Source of the DNA: the human T2T-CHM13v2.0 reference genome, Homo sapiens
Assembly (NCBI RefSeq): GCF_009914755.1
Contig: NC_060930.1
DNA: 64,000 nt
Reading direction: 5' to 3' (one strand)
Below the pieces are notes generated by a model. The model did no database searches. It was not told where the DNA came from and saw nothing but the letters and a program-made list of their open reading frames with translations. Both the position numbers and the translations under genes were made by a program. Numbering within the stretch: the first letter of the stretch is position 1; every line of letters starts with the position of its first letter. Positions 29,018 to 44,472 of this stretch are shown one piece after another.

Positions 29018-31959
29018 TTACCACACACAGTGCCCACTCTTCTTCCTTTTTATATTGTACTTGCCACTTCCCTGCCCTCTCTACTTTTACCCAGAACACC
29101 TGTAAATATATGAAACAAACTCCAGTGGGTTTGCCATTTTTCTCCTATTTTTATGATAAGCTTTTTCAATGTTTCTTTATACTTTACCTCGAGTTGCGTG
29201 CTTAATTTTTATTCTTTTTTATTTTAAAAATATATGAGCTTACTAATTTCCCTCTGCATATAGTTTTGGCCACATCCCATGAGTTTTGAAATGTAACTTT
29301 ATATCATTTATTTCTTTAAAAAGTCTGCTTTTAAAATTTAAATATCCTCTTTTCCTTGTGTTTTTAACCACTATACTAATGAATTTCAAAATCAGCTGAT
29401 ACATCGTCAGAAATTGAACAGAATCCATCTTGATAGTATCGATAAAGTTTGTCATTCGTGGTAGTTTTGGGAATTCCACCAGCATTTATCCCGCTTCTTT
29501 GGGCTTAAAGATACACTTCAGAACGGCACTCTACCCTGTCATGTGTCTAACATTAGCGTCTTTGTCTTTGCTTTGGGGCGTTTAAACAAGAAAGCAAACT
29601 GAGCCAGCTGTGTAGGCAGCACACAAATCCGAGCCGTCGCTCTTCAGTCTCCTCCTCTTTATCCTATTGACATATGAGGTCAAGACCAGCGCTGGGAGGC
29701 TGCATTGGATTTTGTACAGATGAGGATTTCTTTCATGGTTACATATTTGGGAAACTAAGATTAAGTACAGAAGGGAAAAAAAAAACCACTATGAAACACC
29801 AAAAATCATACAGACATTTAGAGGATCGCTCTGAGTTTGCTCACAAACTGCAGTCTGGGAATCTAAAAGAAGGAGGGCAAAAGTGCCCCCTGCCCCAAAA
29901 AATTTAAAAAAAAGTTTCTCTTCTTTTTTTAATCTGAAGTGACAAAAGAGTAATAAGGCTTATGAGGCTTGCAGCACCATGAAAACAAATCCCCTCATTT
30001 GCATCCATGAATAGCGGCTGAATTTATAGCTCAAGATAAATGGCAAGTCAGAGAGCAGCCGGATTACCAGTGTCCAGGCATTTGTTGAAAGCATTTACAT
30101 ATGAACAGTGGAAAGAAGTGGGTACATACTACGCCCCTTACCAATCCACTTAGGAGACTGAAAACCCAAAGTGAAAAGATCCTCTTTGAGGCTCCAGCGT
30201 GACAAATACCAGTTAGATTTTCAGAGGCTGTGTAGCATTGAACACACACACATGACAGAAAGAAAAATAGTAGTTAACAGTTCCTGGGTCTAGCCAGGTT
30301 CCAGGCAAGCTATGCATGCATTGCCCCATTTAAAGTTCATGAAGCTCTTATGAGTTAGGGAATTACCATCTGTGTAGTTGAGATGAAAGAGCTGGGACCT
30401 CGGGAAGTTAAGTGACTTGCCACATACTTCTACTGGCTAAGCCAAAGTCATTAGTGATTAGAAAGCCTCACACAAGAGCCTGTGAACGAATGCCAGACTT
30501 TTCTTTTCATTTATGCTTCTTACATTCCTCCTCTGAGCTAAGCGGGCCATATTGCAATCCATATTTTGTAGTGTACTGGAAACTGGTAAATTATACGTAT
30601 AAAACTCAGGGTGATTGTGGAGAGAAAGCAAGTTATTTGACATAATTATAAAGCTGTATAAGTAAATATAATTCCAGATGATTACATGATAAGCCTAAAA
30701 TACCAAGATTTTATTTCTTGTATTACTTTTTAAGATATATTCCTAATACTCAGGGAATAGCCAGAGTAACAGAGAAGCAAAGGAGAGCTGCAGAACAGAG
30801 TGAAAGAGCCAGAGGTATTCATTCAGAAGGAAGGGATGAGGTCATCTTTAGAAGAAAAAAAAAATCAAGGCAGATATGAGTTGACAACTGTACCAAGTTC
30901 TGGAGTTCAGGAAGAAAGGAAGTGGAGAGTGACGATTTACCTGCCAACCTACCCTGCCTTTTAAATTTTCATTCTTTGACTAGTCATTCAAGAAGTTATC
31001 TATAATTCTTGTTATTTGATGTTTTGAGAGGGAAAAACATATAATTCATGATTTGTTCTCTAGACAAATGTAGGCAGTAATCACTTAATTTCTACAAAGG
31101 TGAGGGATTAAACAGGATTATCAACTGTTAATTTCTAACTGCTATTAATTATCACCCTATACAGACAAAATTGTTCTCTATTTTGATACCAAGTCAACTG
31201 TTTAAATATTTAATATGGATGGATTCACCACATTGGCAAAACACAGACCAGACTTAAGTCTTTGTCTATCCTGTACATGACAACTAAAATGAATGGTTTT
31301 TAGAATTGCAGTAAGAGAATACAGTATTTCCGGAATGAAGTCAAAATCAAATCCTCTCTTCTCATTAACAAGATTAGTATGTTTCCAGTGTTTGAGGTTC
31401 GAGGGAGCCTTTGACAAACAGCATGGCCCTCATAAAGGCGACATTAGAAAAACAGTGCTGAAAAGAAGTAAACATCTCAAATGTCCTATTTTTTACAAAA
31501 CACTTGGAAAAATTGAGAATGAGCCTTTTATATTCTACTACCCAAAACAATCTTCATTCCTTGAATTTATTATTGTTAACCTCTCCTGCACAAAGTCAGC
31601 ATATAATAGCATAAGATTCCCTTGATTGATGTCTCCGCTGGGGCCTTTAGAAGTCTGAGACACACTCCGGAGCTTGCACTGGGTCAACTATGATGTTCCA
31701 GGGGTCAGAGAAAGATCTCTTGCATCAGCCAGAAATAAAGACTCCCTTGCAGGTGTCAGAAAGGTCATTCAATTTTGGTGTTTATCAGACATTGTCCAAT
31801 ATTAAGTTCTACTGGAAATCAAATCTAATAGAAAGGTTCCCAAAGCAAGACACTCCTGTCCCTCAACTCCATTTTTTGTTTTGTTTTAATGACGTAGTAG
31901 TTTTCTACAGCCTTTCTAAAGGCTCATTCTCAATGTTGCCTCGGATGAGAGCCATGTTA

Positions 31960-32470
31960 TGATGAGTGCTGTTATAACAACTTAACATGAATTTAGCACC
32001 TGCAGATAATACCCATTTATTATCTCACAGTTCTGCAGGTTAGCAGTCCAGCAGACTTGGCTGGGGGCCTTGCTTAGGGTCTCACAAGGCCTAAACTTAA
32101 CTGTCGGCCAGCCTGGGCTTTTATCTGAAGGCTGTGCAGAAGAATCAGCTTCCAAGCTCATTGTTGGCAGAATTCAGTTCCTTCTCAGTCTCCTACTGCT
32201 CCCTCTATCTTCAAGCCAGCAACAGCGTACTGACTCCTCACCCACAGAATCTCTCAACTTCCGCTCTGCCATCAACCAGAGAGAGCTCTGCTTTTCAGTG
32301 CTCCTGTGATTACATTAGGCCCACTTGGATAATCCAGGCTAATCTCCCTTGGGTAAGGTCATTGATTAGTAACTTTAATGACATCTGAAAAGTCCCTTTT
32401 TGCCATGTAGTGTAACATACTGACAGACATGGCAGGAATAAAAGTCACAGGGGTAAAAATTTTTGCCTAT
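31960..32470 (-). mobile_element. MLT1 (E/F-like) LTR
   Basis: ttattatctcacagttctg, ggcagaattcagttcctt, ggataatccagg motifs. Confidence 0.75.
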
Positions 32471-32565
32471 CATATTTAGTAGACTGGAGTTGTTTTCCAT
32501 TATTTGAATTCTTTAATTCCAGAAGACTCAAACAGACCATTTTGCCTTAATAATCAATTATAGAT

Positions 32566-33708
32566 TACAATGGTCTGAATGTTTGTCTCCCCAAAATTCT
32601 TATGTTAAAATCTTAATCCCCAATGTGATGGTATTAGGAGGTGGGGCCTTTGGAAGGTGATTAGGTCATCAGAGTGGAGACCCCATGAATGGAATTAGTA
32701 CACCTATAAAATTAGTGCACCTATAAAAGAGGCCCCAGAGAAATGCAAATTAAAACTGCAATGAGATACCACCTTACTCTTGCAAGAATGACCATGTTGG
32801 CAGGGATGTGGTGAAAAGGGAACACTTTCACACTGCTGGCAGAACTGTAAACTAGTACAACCACTATGGAAAACAGTATGGAGATTCCTTAAAGAACTCA
32901 AAGTAGAAGTACCATTCGATCCAGTAATACCACTATTGGATATCTACCCAAAGGAAAAGAGGTCATTATATGAAAAAGATACATGCACATGCATGTTTAT
33001 AGCAGCACAATTTGCAATTGCAAAAATGTGGAACCAGCCTAAATGCCCAATAACTGAAGAGTGGATAAAGAAAATCTGATATATATACACACCATAGAAT
33101 ACTACTCAGCCATAAAGTGGAATGAAATAATGGTCTTTGCAGCAACTTGGATGGAGATGGAGACCATTATTCTAAGTGAAGCAACTCAGGGATGGAAAAC
33201 CAAATATTGTATGTTCTCACTTATAAGTGGTAGCTACTAAGTGAGTTACCAAATATAGTGATATATAGCTATGAGGATGCAAAGGCATTAAAATGGTATA
33301 ATGGACTTTGGGGACTTGGGGGAAAGGATGGGAGTGGGTGAGGGATAAAAGACCACATGTTGGGTAGGGTATACACTGCTCAGGTGGCAAGTGCACCAAA
33401 ATCTCAGAAATCGTCACTAAAGAACTTATCCATGCAACCAAAAACCATCTGTTCAATAGTTTTTGACTATTGAAATAAAATTTAAAATATTTTTTTTTTA
33501 AAAAAAAGGCCACAGTTTTCTCCTCTCTTTTTCCATGTGAAAATACTATGAGGAGACAGCAGTCTGCAACCCGGAAGAGGAACCTCACCAGAATTCATGC
33601 TGATACCTTGATCTCAGACTTCCAGCCTACAGAACTGTGAGAAATAAAATTTGTGGCTTACAGGTCACCCAGTCTATGGTACTTTGTTATAGCAGTCTGA
33701 ACTAAGAT
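32566..33708 (+). mobile_element. MLT1A-like LTR split by an L1PB 3' end (~32740-33505)
   Basis: MLT1A 5' and 3' halves; L1 tail cactaaagaacttatccatg; degenerate TSD ggcc(c/a)cag. Confidence 0.82.
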
Positions 33709-34034
33709 ATAAATCAAAAATTAAACTGTTTGTCTGCATTTTCTTGAATGGGTTCATATTTTTAGTTTTCACCACCATTCCAGGTAATAAACAGCATCAC
33801 TCCTAGTCTTGAATAACTGCCTTTGGTTGACAATGTCCATTCTAATTTACTCTTACAGAATACTGTGGTATTTCCTCTTAAATACAATCTTCCAGGGCAA
33901 GGCATGGTATTCCAGGTAAGAACAGTTAGTTTGTAACTTTTGTAACTTCAAATAAGGGGGCAGGGTAACGCTTTCCATTTTGTTTCTGTTTTTCTTAGAT
34001 CTACTTCATTTGTCAACCATTTTGTTTCTCTCTC

Positions 34035-34325
34035 TTTTTTTTTTTTTCCTGAAACAGGGTCTTGCTCTGTTGCCCAGGCTGGAGTGCAGTGGCAACATCT
34101 TGGCTCAATGTAGCCTTGACCTCCCACTTCAGCCTCCACAGTAGCTGAGACTACAGGTATGTGCCACCACACCTGGCTAACTTTTTTGTCTTTTTGTTTT
34201 TTGTTTTTGTAGGGGCAGGGTTTTGCCATGTTGCTTAGGCGGGTCTTCAATTCCTGACCTCAAGTGATCTGCCTGCCTAGCCTTCTAAAGTGCTGGGATT
34301 ACAAGTGTGAGCCACAATACCTGGC
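34035..34325 (-). mobile_element. AluJ
   Basis: Antisense dimer. Confidence 0.88.
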
Positions 34326-34449
34326 TAATTCTTTTTCTGATATTAAACCAGATGATACACCAGAATTTTCCTTTATATCTTAAATTTTTTTCAATTATTA
34401 ACAAAGTAATATAGCCAACATTTATGTGCTTCTTGGTATCAATGGTAAT

Positions 34450-35280
34450 GAACAATACACATTCCCTACCCTCTAGGTTCTTATTGCCTAGCACAAGAAA
34501 ACAGACAGATGTATGACACTGTGATAGGTAACTCAGAGAAGGGGTTACTAACCAGCATTGGAATATTATAGAGAACTTCCAAGAGGAGGTAACATCTGAA
34601 CTGAATCCTGTAAGTCTAATCTAAAGATCAGGTTGAAGCAATAGGGGAGAAGCAGATATTCCCTCAAGGCAGAGGGTCCTGGCACGTGCCAAGGAAGGTG
34701 AACACAGTGGGAAATATGGATGGGGGAAGAGGCTACTGAGAATTGAAGCTCAAGAAGAAAATAAGGAGGCATTCTGTCATGAAGGGCTCCTCTATGTCAT
34801 GTTAGGGAATTTACACTTCATCCTGAAGGCAATGGAACAGTGGTGGTAGGGAACTGAAGACTTTTTAACCAGAGAAGAAACAGTTGCAATCTGTTTTTTC
34901 ATTCTGGATAGAGTTTGGAGAAGGGATGCTAGGTAATTAGCCTAGGATCCGTGAGTCAGGAGCCTAATAAAGGCATGAGATGCTAACAGTCATCTCACTG
35001 AGGCAGTGGTGACCCAAGGGCTGGAGAGAAGGGATGGAATTGACAAGAAGTACAAGAGAATGGGAGAGGAGAGAGAAAGAGGGTTCCTAGTTTCTGGCTA
35101 CATTCTGGGTATCTTATCTCATTTGATCCCCCACAAAATCACCCCATCAAGCAAGCAGGGCAATCACTTCTATTTATTAGATGGCAACAAATGGCTCAGA
35201 GTAGTTAGGTGGCTTATTCTGAGTCAATAAATGTGAGACTTGGGATCAGAAACTCTGATTCCTAGGTTAGGGGTCTTTCT
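34450..35280 (-). mobile_element. L2 and MIR fragments
   Basis: Degenerate L2 (aggaggtaacatctgaactga) then MIR core. Confidence 0.55.
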
Positions 35281-35797
35281 GTTTTACATGCAGAAATTTT
35301 ACTCACGGCTAATAGCATCATGGAAGATTCCAGGCTCATCCCGAATGTGTAATCTAATAAGATCTCAACTGGACATTAAAATGATGAGCCCACTTACAAG
35401 ACAGAAGCTGAAAAGGCAGCCTATCAGAGGTCAAGGTTCCTATAACTTTTAATAACCATAACAGTTCACAGAAATAAAGGGGAAGGAATGAAGTCCTTAC
35501 GGTAGCTAAGCACTTAATTACTCAACAGATTAACAGAGTACCTCTAGGTGCACTCTGACTTGGGGTCTTGAGTAATAATCAACTCGCTTAAATAGTACCT
35601 AATACAGACAAAAACACACAGTGACTTGATTGTGAACACATTTAGAGAAAATGAGGAACAAATGTAATGGCAATACAAAGAAATAGATACAGGGGAACCC
35701 TAGAAAATAATCAAATGGACCTAAAAATTTAGAACAAAGGGTAGAAAGACCAAATGAAATAAAATTTCAATGAATATTATTATTTTAAAAAATTACT

Positions 35798-36085
<288 letters not shown>

Positions 36086-37559
36086 AAAATACACATTTAA
36101 ATGATGATTTACTAAGAGAAATAATCTCATATTTCTGAAAATAATTTTTTTCTGTCTATGATCAATTGCCCATTCATGGGACTATGCATTGGAGTGTTTT
36201 TCTAAAACATTGAAAACCCAAGAGCCAGGAAAGTGCTTAGATAAAGGGTGTGTTTTTCCTTGGTGAGTAAATCCTTAATCCTTTTTAGTCAAGAGAAGTG
36301 TAGCCACTTCAGAGTGATGCTTGAGAAGGGCCAACAGGCAATGGGCCATTTTCCAGACGGTGACCTGCCACTTCTAAGACCAAGAAGCTACATGGGATGC
36401 TTATCTTCCTTCCAGTCACCACGAAGCTGAGACTCATTTGTTCTGAATGTTTAAATTTCTAGAAACACATTAACTTTTCTCCTCCTCTATGACCAGCTTC
36501 CACATGCTACAGGCCATTAATGATTGAAACTGTTTCATCAGATTTTTTGGTTGAGTTGCTACAAAAAATGAAACTCAGAATTAAAAATCTTTCTTGCTCT
36601 GCTAATTAATAGCCTGCGTATTTTCAGTCCCATTGAAAGTAGTACAATCTACTTTTATATTTTAAGCTATTCTCAAACAAGTCCATTTGTTTTCATAGAG
36701 AGTGATGGTTAAAGTCTTTTTACCCAAACTAGATTAAATATTAATATTTCATTCCTTTAATCAGCAATTATCTACTGGAATTCTTCTGGATCAAGTTAAT
36801 GAACTTAGCCCTCAAGGAGCTTACAATCTAGTCGTCAAAGCAAAGGACCCTTGGTACATGACGACCCCACAAAAAAAGAGGGTTCAGGTCCCATAGAACG
36901 TGCAAATCCCACTCAGTGAGTTGGGTTGGATCCTACTCTCCATTTTAATAATGCTATGAAAGAAAAGGAGCCCTTTGAAAGGGTAAAATACCCTGTATTT
37001 ACCAGCAGAGCCTTTTTCATAGAATTCATCACACATCAACCTCAGCACAACAGATATATGCATACAAATAAAAACTAACCTGCTCCAACATTTAAGTTAG
37101 TTCTCTAACTTCTACAGGCTCCCTGCTGTTTATTTCTAACTTAATCCCTATCAATAAAGCCATGGAAATCAGTTTTCCAAAATTCCAACAGAAACTCTAT
37201 CAAACTTGGTCAATAAAGCCCAAAGGTAAATCTCTGTGGCTGCATTTAGTACACAGATTGCCACTTTTAATGATAAAATGAGATGGGGTGGAACGATCCT
37301 CACTTGCATTAAGGAAAAGATGGAGGGGTCTCATTAAAGACCATACCTTCTAGGAGCATCAAACAAGAACACGACTCAGCTGGGACTGTAGTTCGGCAGG
37401 GAAACCTTTTCCTTTTCTTCCAGACTAAAGGTTTGATGCAGCTGCAAGTTCTGTAGCTTAGAAAACAGACTTTCTCCTCCTAGGTTTATTTCAGGCCTGT
37501 GATTGATATTTCAAAAATAAAGAGAAATTGCCAAGACGAGCTTTTACTCCGAGTGAAAT

Positions 37560-38290
37560 GAAGCTTTAAAGCAAAGGACTGGCACGATATCGCTGGTCTT
37601 AAAAGATCTACTCTGGCTACTGGGTTGAAAGTAGGCTATAAAGGGAAGCTATTATGATAATCCAGGTGAAATTCAGGCCAAGCAGGTAGCAGTTTAGATG
37701 GTAAGAGGTAGTCAGATAATGGGGAAAAAAATTAATATAGTCAATAGAATTTTCTGCCAAATTGAATGTAGGAATAAGAAAAAAAAGTAGTTGTTGGCTG
37801 GGCGCAGTGGCTCACAACTATAATTCCAGCACTATGGGAGATAAAGGCGGGAGGATTGCCTGAGCCCAGGAGTTCGAGACCAGTCTCGGCAACACAGTAA
37901 AACCCCACCTCGACAAAAATAAAAAAAATTAGCCAGGTATGATGGTGCATGTCTGTAGTCCCAGCTATTCAAGAAGCTGAGGTGAGAAGATTACTTGAGC
38001 CTAAGAGGTCAAGGCTGCAGTGAGCCATAATTGCACCACTGCACTCCAGACTGGGCAACAGAACAAGAAAACCCTGTCTCCCCTCCCCGACACCCCCTTA
38101 CCAAAAAAAGAAGTCATAAATGACTTCAAGGTTTTTGGGATAAGCAACTGGAAGGGTGGATTTGCCACGAAATGGGGAAGTCTGCAGTGGGATAGATAGG
38201 GGTGGGGGACAGGAATTTTGATATGTTCATGAGGTCAGTTAGACATCCAGGTGAAAATGTGGCAGCTAGATATTCATATCTGCAGTTCAG
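37560..38290. mobile_element. L2 (-) containing AluJ (37796-38075, +)
   Basis: L2 motifs on both sides of the Alu. Confidence 0.75.
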
Positions 38291-39118
38291 TACACCAAAT
38301 ACCAGACTGCCTTACTGTAAAACAGCAAAAGACTCATGACATTGACTAGGAATTATCGTAAACTGAGAATTTTCATTGTGTGGTGAGGATCTGCTCTGGC
38401 AGAGAGAGCCTGTTCTCTCACTTCCCTACAGGGCATCCATACAGACTGATCTAATTTTAGACATGACACTGAGCTAGTTGCTGGGGGGCCAACGTCAAGC
38501 AAGAGACAAAGGAGGGTGGCTACTCACACACAGAGGTTGAAGGTAGCTTTCCAAAATTAAAAAGAGGGCAAGGGAAAATTAGAGTAAAGGAAATCTAGTC
38601 AAACATAGTCCAAAACAGCAGTCTGGGAGAAACCTGTGGTATGGCATGTGTTAAAGGAATCTCATTTATTTTAGGGGCTCCAGTTTTTCCCCAGCTCATA
38701 GACACTTTATCTTTTGCAGATAACACACCAACAATGGATCCATTCTATGGTTTCACAAAGGTGAGTGAGGACTGGGGAGCGACTAAGACAAACTCATTTT
38801 CAGCCAAGTGTGTTATCGTAAGTCAAATAACATACAAATAAGGATTTATGATATTTGCCATACCAACCAACATTGACTTTCTGTGGCAAGCAGAAACGAC
38901 ACTGGATGTTTTAGCATTAAAAGTTCTCACTGGACACGGAAAAGCAGCCATCTCTATAGGAGCAGTCTTGTAAACCCAAACCTAAAAGTGATGGCAAACA
39001 TCAAACTAATGTTTTGTATTTAAATCATGCTTACAGACATCACAAATTTAATCATCTGCATTCAATCTTTTCAGCATTTATAGATTCCGTGGTTTTGGAG
39101 AGGGACATATGTCATCTT

Positions 39119-39301
39119 TTTTTTTTTTTTTTTTTTTCACTTTAAGCTCTGGGATACATGTGCAGATCGTGCAGGTTTGTTACGTAGGTATACATGTGCC
39201 ATGGTGGGTTGCTGCACCTATCTACCCGTCATCTAGGTTTTAAGCCCTGCATGCATTAGGGATTTGTCCTAATGCTCTCCCTCCTCTTTCCCCCAACTCC
39301 A
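39119..39301 (-). mobile_element. 5'-truncated L1PA (PA7/8-like) 3' end
   Basis: Poly(T), L1PA 3'UTR, perfect 15-bp TSD gacatatgtcatctt (39104-39118, 39302-39316). Confidence 0.93.
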
Positions 39302-42300
39302 GACATATGTCATCTTCTGAGTATGCTACTTGTTTTAAACTTCCATCGTAATTTACTGACTGACAATTCAGGTGGACAGCTCTTACACTCCCTGGCCTCT
39401 TCTCTCTAAGATGAAAAATAGGTTGCCAATTACTGACAGAAGAAGAAATACAACGAGAAGAGAAATAACCCAATAATTAAGGGGAGCTCATTCCCAATTC
39501 CTCAGTACAGCAGTCAACCTAAAATAAGGACATTTCCACCTATATAAGGATAAAACCATCCACCCATAGATTTCTCTCTTCCTGATGTGGAAAGAGTTTG
39601 TAAAAATAAAACAATTTTATGAAAGGCACCATCTTGAGCAGTTCAAATCTTGTTTTAAATTTTTATCAAGTATTTGTTCTGCCAGGAAACATTTCCAAAA
39701 AGGAAAGGTTTTGTCTCAATTGCTGTGGCAGCAAACACTTCCGTTGGAGCTGTTAGAGCAGTATCAGGATACTCTCACTGGCTTACATAGCTTTCAAAAT
39801 ATTTGTGTTGCTACCACGCTCCTTTGCCAATATATGTGACTTGTAATACTTTTTTATTCATCTGGATGTATTTATACAACTGTGTAGGTCCAGAAAACTT
39901 TTTAAAAGTTGGCGTAAATATGCTGTGATGAAAACTGAGAAATACATCTGCCTTTCTCACTATGTAGAAATACTACATTTGCAAATTAGGGTACAAATCA
40001 GTCTTCACTTTCAAAGACCAAATTAAGCCCTTAGAGAGGTCAAATTTAAATAACATCACTATATATTACAGAGAAAATACCAGCATCTTATGTAAGTTAT
40101 TACTTAATCCTCAATATTTTATTAGGCAGATCCATTCTCAGAGCTAAGGAGATCTTTACTCAAGGGATAAGATGATATGATTAACGGATAGAGTTGGGAT
40201 TTCTTGAATATTCTTTACAAACCTGTGTTAATTATTTTTGTTATTTGGGTCATGATTAGCAGGGAAACCCTTTACAAAGTCTCTGGCTTTGCTTTGTTCC
40301 CAAAGTCAATCTTGGAGAAAGAACCGCCAAAAGCTGGCACAAGCAGTAGCACCTTTACAGTGGGCAGGAAAACAACCAGAAGTCTTGGGGCTGCAGAGAT
40401 CCAGGCCGGCGAGAAGTCCAGAGCATCAGACAGGAAGAGTTTCCTGGGGGTAGGAACAGTGACTGGCACATGGTAAGTGCTCATCAACACGCAATGAAAT
40501 AACACACCCCAAATTCTATCAAAATATTTTGGTCAGAGTTGATGAACTTCAGAGGTATTTCAAAATGTCGACAAATCTTGGATACCCTTTGACATATAAA
40601 TTAGCCACCTTGGGACAATATTGATCTCTTTTGCATAAAATACTGGGTATTCTGTTACAGCAAAACTTTTCCAGGAAAAAAGAAGGGACTTGAGCTTCCT
40701 TTGTCCTCTTAAAATTAGGAAAGGGTCTAGATAAAGCAAAAGTGCAAATCTGTAGGAGATGGCTAAGGAAGGAGAGATAGAGTACCACCACTGGGGGCTA
40801 GGTGTGTTCATATACTTCATTTTCTTTTGCCATGCCATCCCACATAGCTAACACCAAGGCATTTTCTGAGGCCCCTTTCTCATTTGCTCTGTTTGGAATT
40901 AGAAAAGTTGCTACTCTCAGTGTCTGGTATAACCCAGTTTCCCCACGTGATCTTCTACCAAGTCAAGCATCCTCTGGGCATCTGCCAGGCTCGTCAGCCA
41001 GGCTCCTGTGGTCCTTTGCCTTCCCTTTCCTAAGAGACCACACATTAAGTCACTGTTCATCCTCCCCTGAACCTGCTCCCAATGTTCGCGCCCTCGAGAG
41101 AGCAGAGGCGTCTGTCCCAACTTTTATTCTGAAAGTTCCAGCAACAATGAACCTTGCACAGTTCACTCAGTGAAACAAAATAATGAAGAACATAGATGGC
41201 CTCTTGTGGTCAGCAAAGCCGAGATTTTCTCTTTTGCTCTCAAATGCTGTCTTGCAAAATTTCACAAGTACAAACATATGTTATCATCTGACCTTTTGAA
41301 AACTATTCTGTGTATATATAAATTCACTTAAAGTGTACTACAACTTGTGGCTCCTAAAGCTCACTTTATGCTATTTATATCTTTTTGTTATAAGAAGACA
41401 TTCCAAAGAAAAAGTGGTGATGAGCACTCACATTTCTGTTATCATGCACCCCCTCCCCCAAGTTAAACCCACAGTCAAGTCACTCAGGCCTTTTGTTTCA
41501 ATGGATCTCAGGGTTAACCACATTTTGACAGTAACAACAACAAAAAAAGTTCTAAATGTAATCTAAGTTAACAAAGACTGATAAATGTCACATAATCACC
41601 AGATAGAAGATGAACACTGCTGACATTAAATCAAATAGTTTGTCATTCTGTTGGCTGTCAAATTAGGATCTCTTAATTTTAAATGCAATTGCTACATACG
41701 ATTTTATAAAATAATTAATGTTCCTAATTTAAGACTACCCATCTTCCACCCCGCATCCCCAATACCATATCCTGCCAAACTGTTTAATCATGCAAAATCT
41801 ATTAATTGCTTAAAGACCCTCAGGTTGTTTTCAGCAGTATTTTCTTCTGATGTTTAACACAGAAAAATACATACCCCTGCATACATCTGTACCTGGTTAA
41901 TGGTGGTGACATGATGTCCTGCCTTTATCACACGGGTCCATCTGCCTTGCCTATTAACTATCACCTTTTCTAATGCATGTGTAGACTACTGATCACATCC
42001 TTGTAACTAGAAGGAGTTCAATATGGCTTAGGTGTAATACTGCTCCCCCAATGAGCCATCACAGAGGAGGACAGCTAAGGTGAGGTAGGGGGCCTAAAAA
42101 AGACAAACATGAAAATCAGCAAATAAAGGAAACCAGAATAGGTAGAAATGGAACAGGAGATATTAAAATGAAGAGTTTAACTGAAATCTTAGCTAATGCT
42201 TTCAGTAATTCAAGTCATTTGATTCAGTTCCACAAAATTACCCAGAGCATGAATCCTTGCACAGAGCATGCTCCAGAAACAAGCAGACCCCAAGTTCTCC

Positions 42301-43592
42301 TCGTTTTAGGCGGCAAAACTCTGTTAACTGCTCTTTCAGTCCATAGGGTAGCATCTCAATTTATAGTATTACACAACCTATTTAGCATGGTAATCTGGCT
42401 TCTACTGCAACAGATTTAAGAAACAGATTTTGACTACTCATGGAAGGAAAAAAAGAGAACTAAAAAGCATGATAACGTTTTCAAGGGAAAGACAAAAGAA
42501 ATAAAGGGCTAGCCAGCTTTGTTTCATTTATTAAATTCCAAGGGCTTTCCCCACCAGTTTGAAAAATGCATGTTATTACCACTGTGTTTATTAAAAGTGC
42601 TACTTTAAATTGCAGATTGAGCAAATGGGAATTCCCTTTGGTAGCTGTAGATTACCCACTAACAATTATATGCAATTTTAAATGAAAGGAGGAGGAAAGA
42701 ACCAGGAAGAATTGTAGAACAATGGTTCTAAAAGCCACTGATAATTTATATAAAACCAGACATCTAAATGTATGATAGTAAAATGTCCAGAGTCACACAG
42801 ATGCAATATTCCCAGGGTTGCTTTGCATTTTGATTTTTAAAAGTCTTTCAAAATGGTGCTCAGAATCAACTAGCATAAACTTTGCTCACTGATTATCTGA
42901 TAGCTTATTACCAGATTTAAGAAGGGGCTAGGGACCTTCCAGAGCAAATGGTTGCTTACTAGCTCACTTGAAAAATGCACTTGTTTCAGCACAGAAATAA
43001 CAAATCTGTTTCTGATTCCTAACATTATTTTCCAAATGCTGCCAAGAAAAGAATCTAAGGAATTCTTTTACATACACAACATACAAAAGACAACTGGAAA
43101 GAGGCCTGTGATCTGTTCCAGGGTGCACGATGACGAAGGATAGAGTTAGTTTCTAATATGAACTGCCCTTGTGGGAGCAGAGGCACATGCCTGAGATTGT
43201 TCATAGCTGTAATCTCCAACATAACTCTTTGCTATTATTAGACAACTTAAAGGCCTTCCTAAATCAGTAACTTGTGAAGCAGAAGAGTATAGGACCCTAT
43301 CGTTCGGGGCATGCAGGCAGCTGGGACACACCCAATTCCACAGAATTCACCACTTTTCTGCTCCATGAAACTAGATTTCTACCTCTTGGAAGACACATAA
43401 AGGCTGAGGAAGGGAAAGAACCTGTCTAACACAAACCAGGTTAAAAGTCCCTAGAGAGAATGCGAAACCAGGTAAAATCCATTAGTAAATTCAGGAACTT
43501 GAGGTCTGTGATGCTTATAAAATATAGTGAAATTATTCCTGGGGCACAGAAGGATATATGTATGCATCCTGTCCATATTAAAAGCAACATCA

Positions 43593-43887
43593 GGCCAGGC
43601 GTGGTGGCTCACGCCTGTGATCCCAACACTTTGGGAGGCTGAGGCGGCGAATTACTTGAGGTCAGGAGGTCGAGATCAGCCTGGCCAACATGGTGAAACC
43701 TCATCTCTAATAAAAATACAAAAATTAGCCGGACAAGGTGGTGTATGCCTGTAGTCCCAGCTACTCCGGAGGCTCAGGCAAGAGAATCACTTGAACCCAG
43801 GAGGCGGAGGTTGCAGTGAGCCAAGATCGCACTACTGCACTCCAGCCTGGGCAACAGAGCGAGACTCTGTCTCAAAAAAAATAAGAA
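43593..43887 (+). mobile_element. AluS
   Basis: TSD taaaagcaacatca. Confidence 0.93.
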
Positions 43888-44472
43888 TAAAAGCAACATC
43901 ATTTAAAAAATATTACCTCGTTTTTAAAACTCAACAGCAGAGATTCTGCTTTAAAATTTTCAACATTGTGTAACAATCACACCAATGATTTCAAAAGTAC
44001 ATATTTTAGCATGGTTTACTTCTGTTATACTAATAAGGGGGACTTAGCAACAGAGTCCCCTTTGAAGAGAAGGAGGATAAGCAGGAGAATGTTGAAAGAC
44101 TGAGTCATCCAACAGACTGAGCTATCTAATGCAACTGTTTAAATTTTTGGCTCACACTGAGTTGACTGCAGTGAACTAAGTTCAATTTTGTTTTTTGTTT
44201 TTCCCCTTCTCAGCGGGATAAAAGTTCATGAAAGAAGCCGAATCGATTAAAGGAAATAAAAAGGCAACATTTTCCTTTGCATGACTGATCATAATGGGTA
44301 TGTACATTTTCAACTCTTCTACCTACACATACAAACTCATCTTAAATTTGCATTGCCATAGTTTCAAAGGCATCCTCAAAGCAGCTATGTTGGATATCAT
44401 TCTTACAGTTTTCCATTAAACACACTTCCCATGCAGCTGCCCTCAGGCTATGTGATTTTACATGCGGTCCAC

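Noticed and set aside
29243-29485. 80-aa minus-strand ORF MLVEFPK…
   Set aside because: Runs into an L1 remnant and stops at the donor-like site; no usable phase.
32704-33588. ORFs 32704-32901 and 33217-33588
   Set aside because: Antisense readings of L1/MLT1 remnants.
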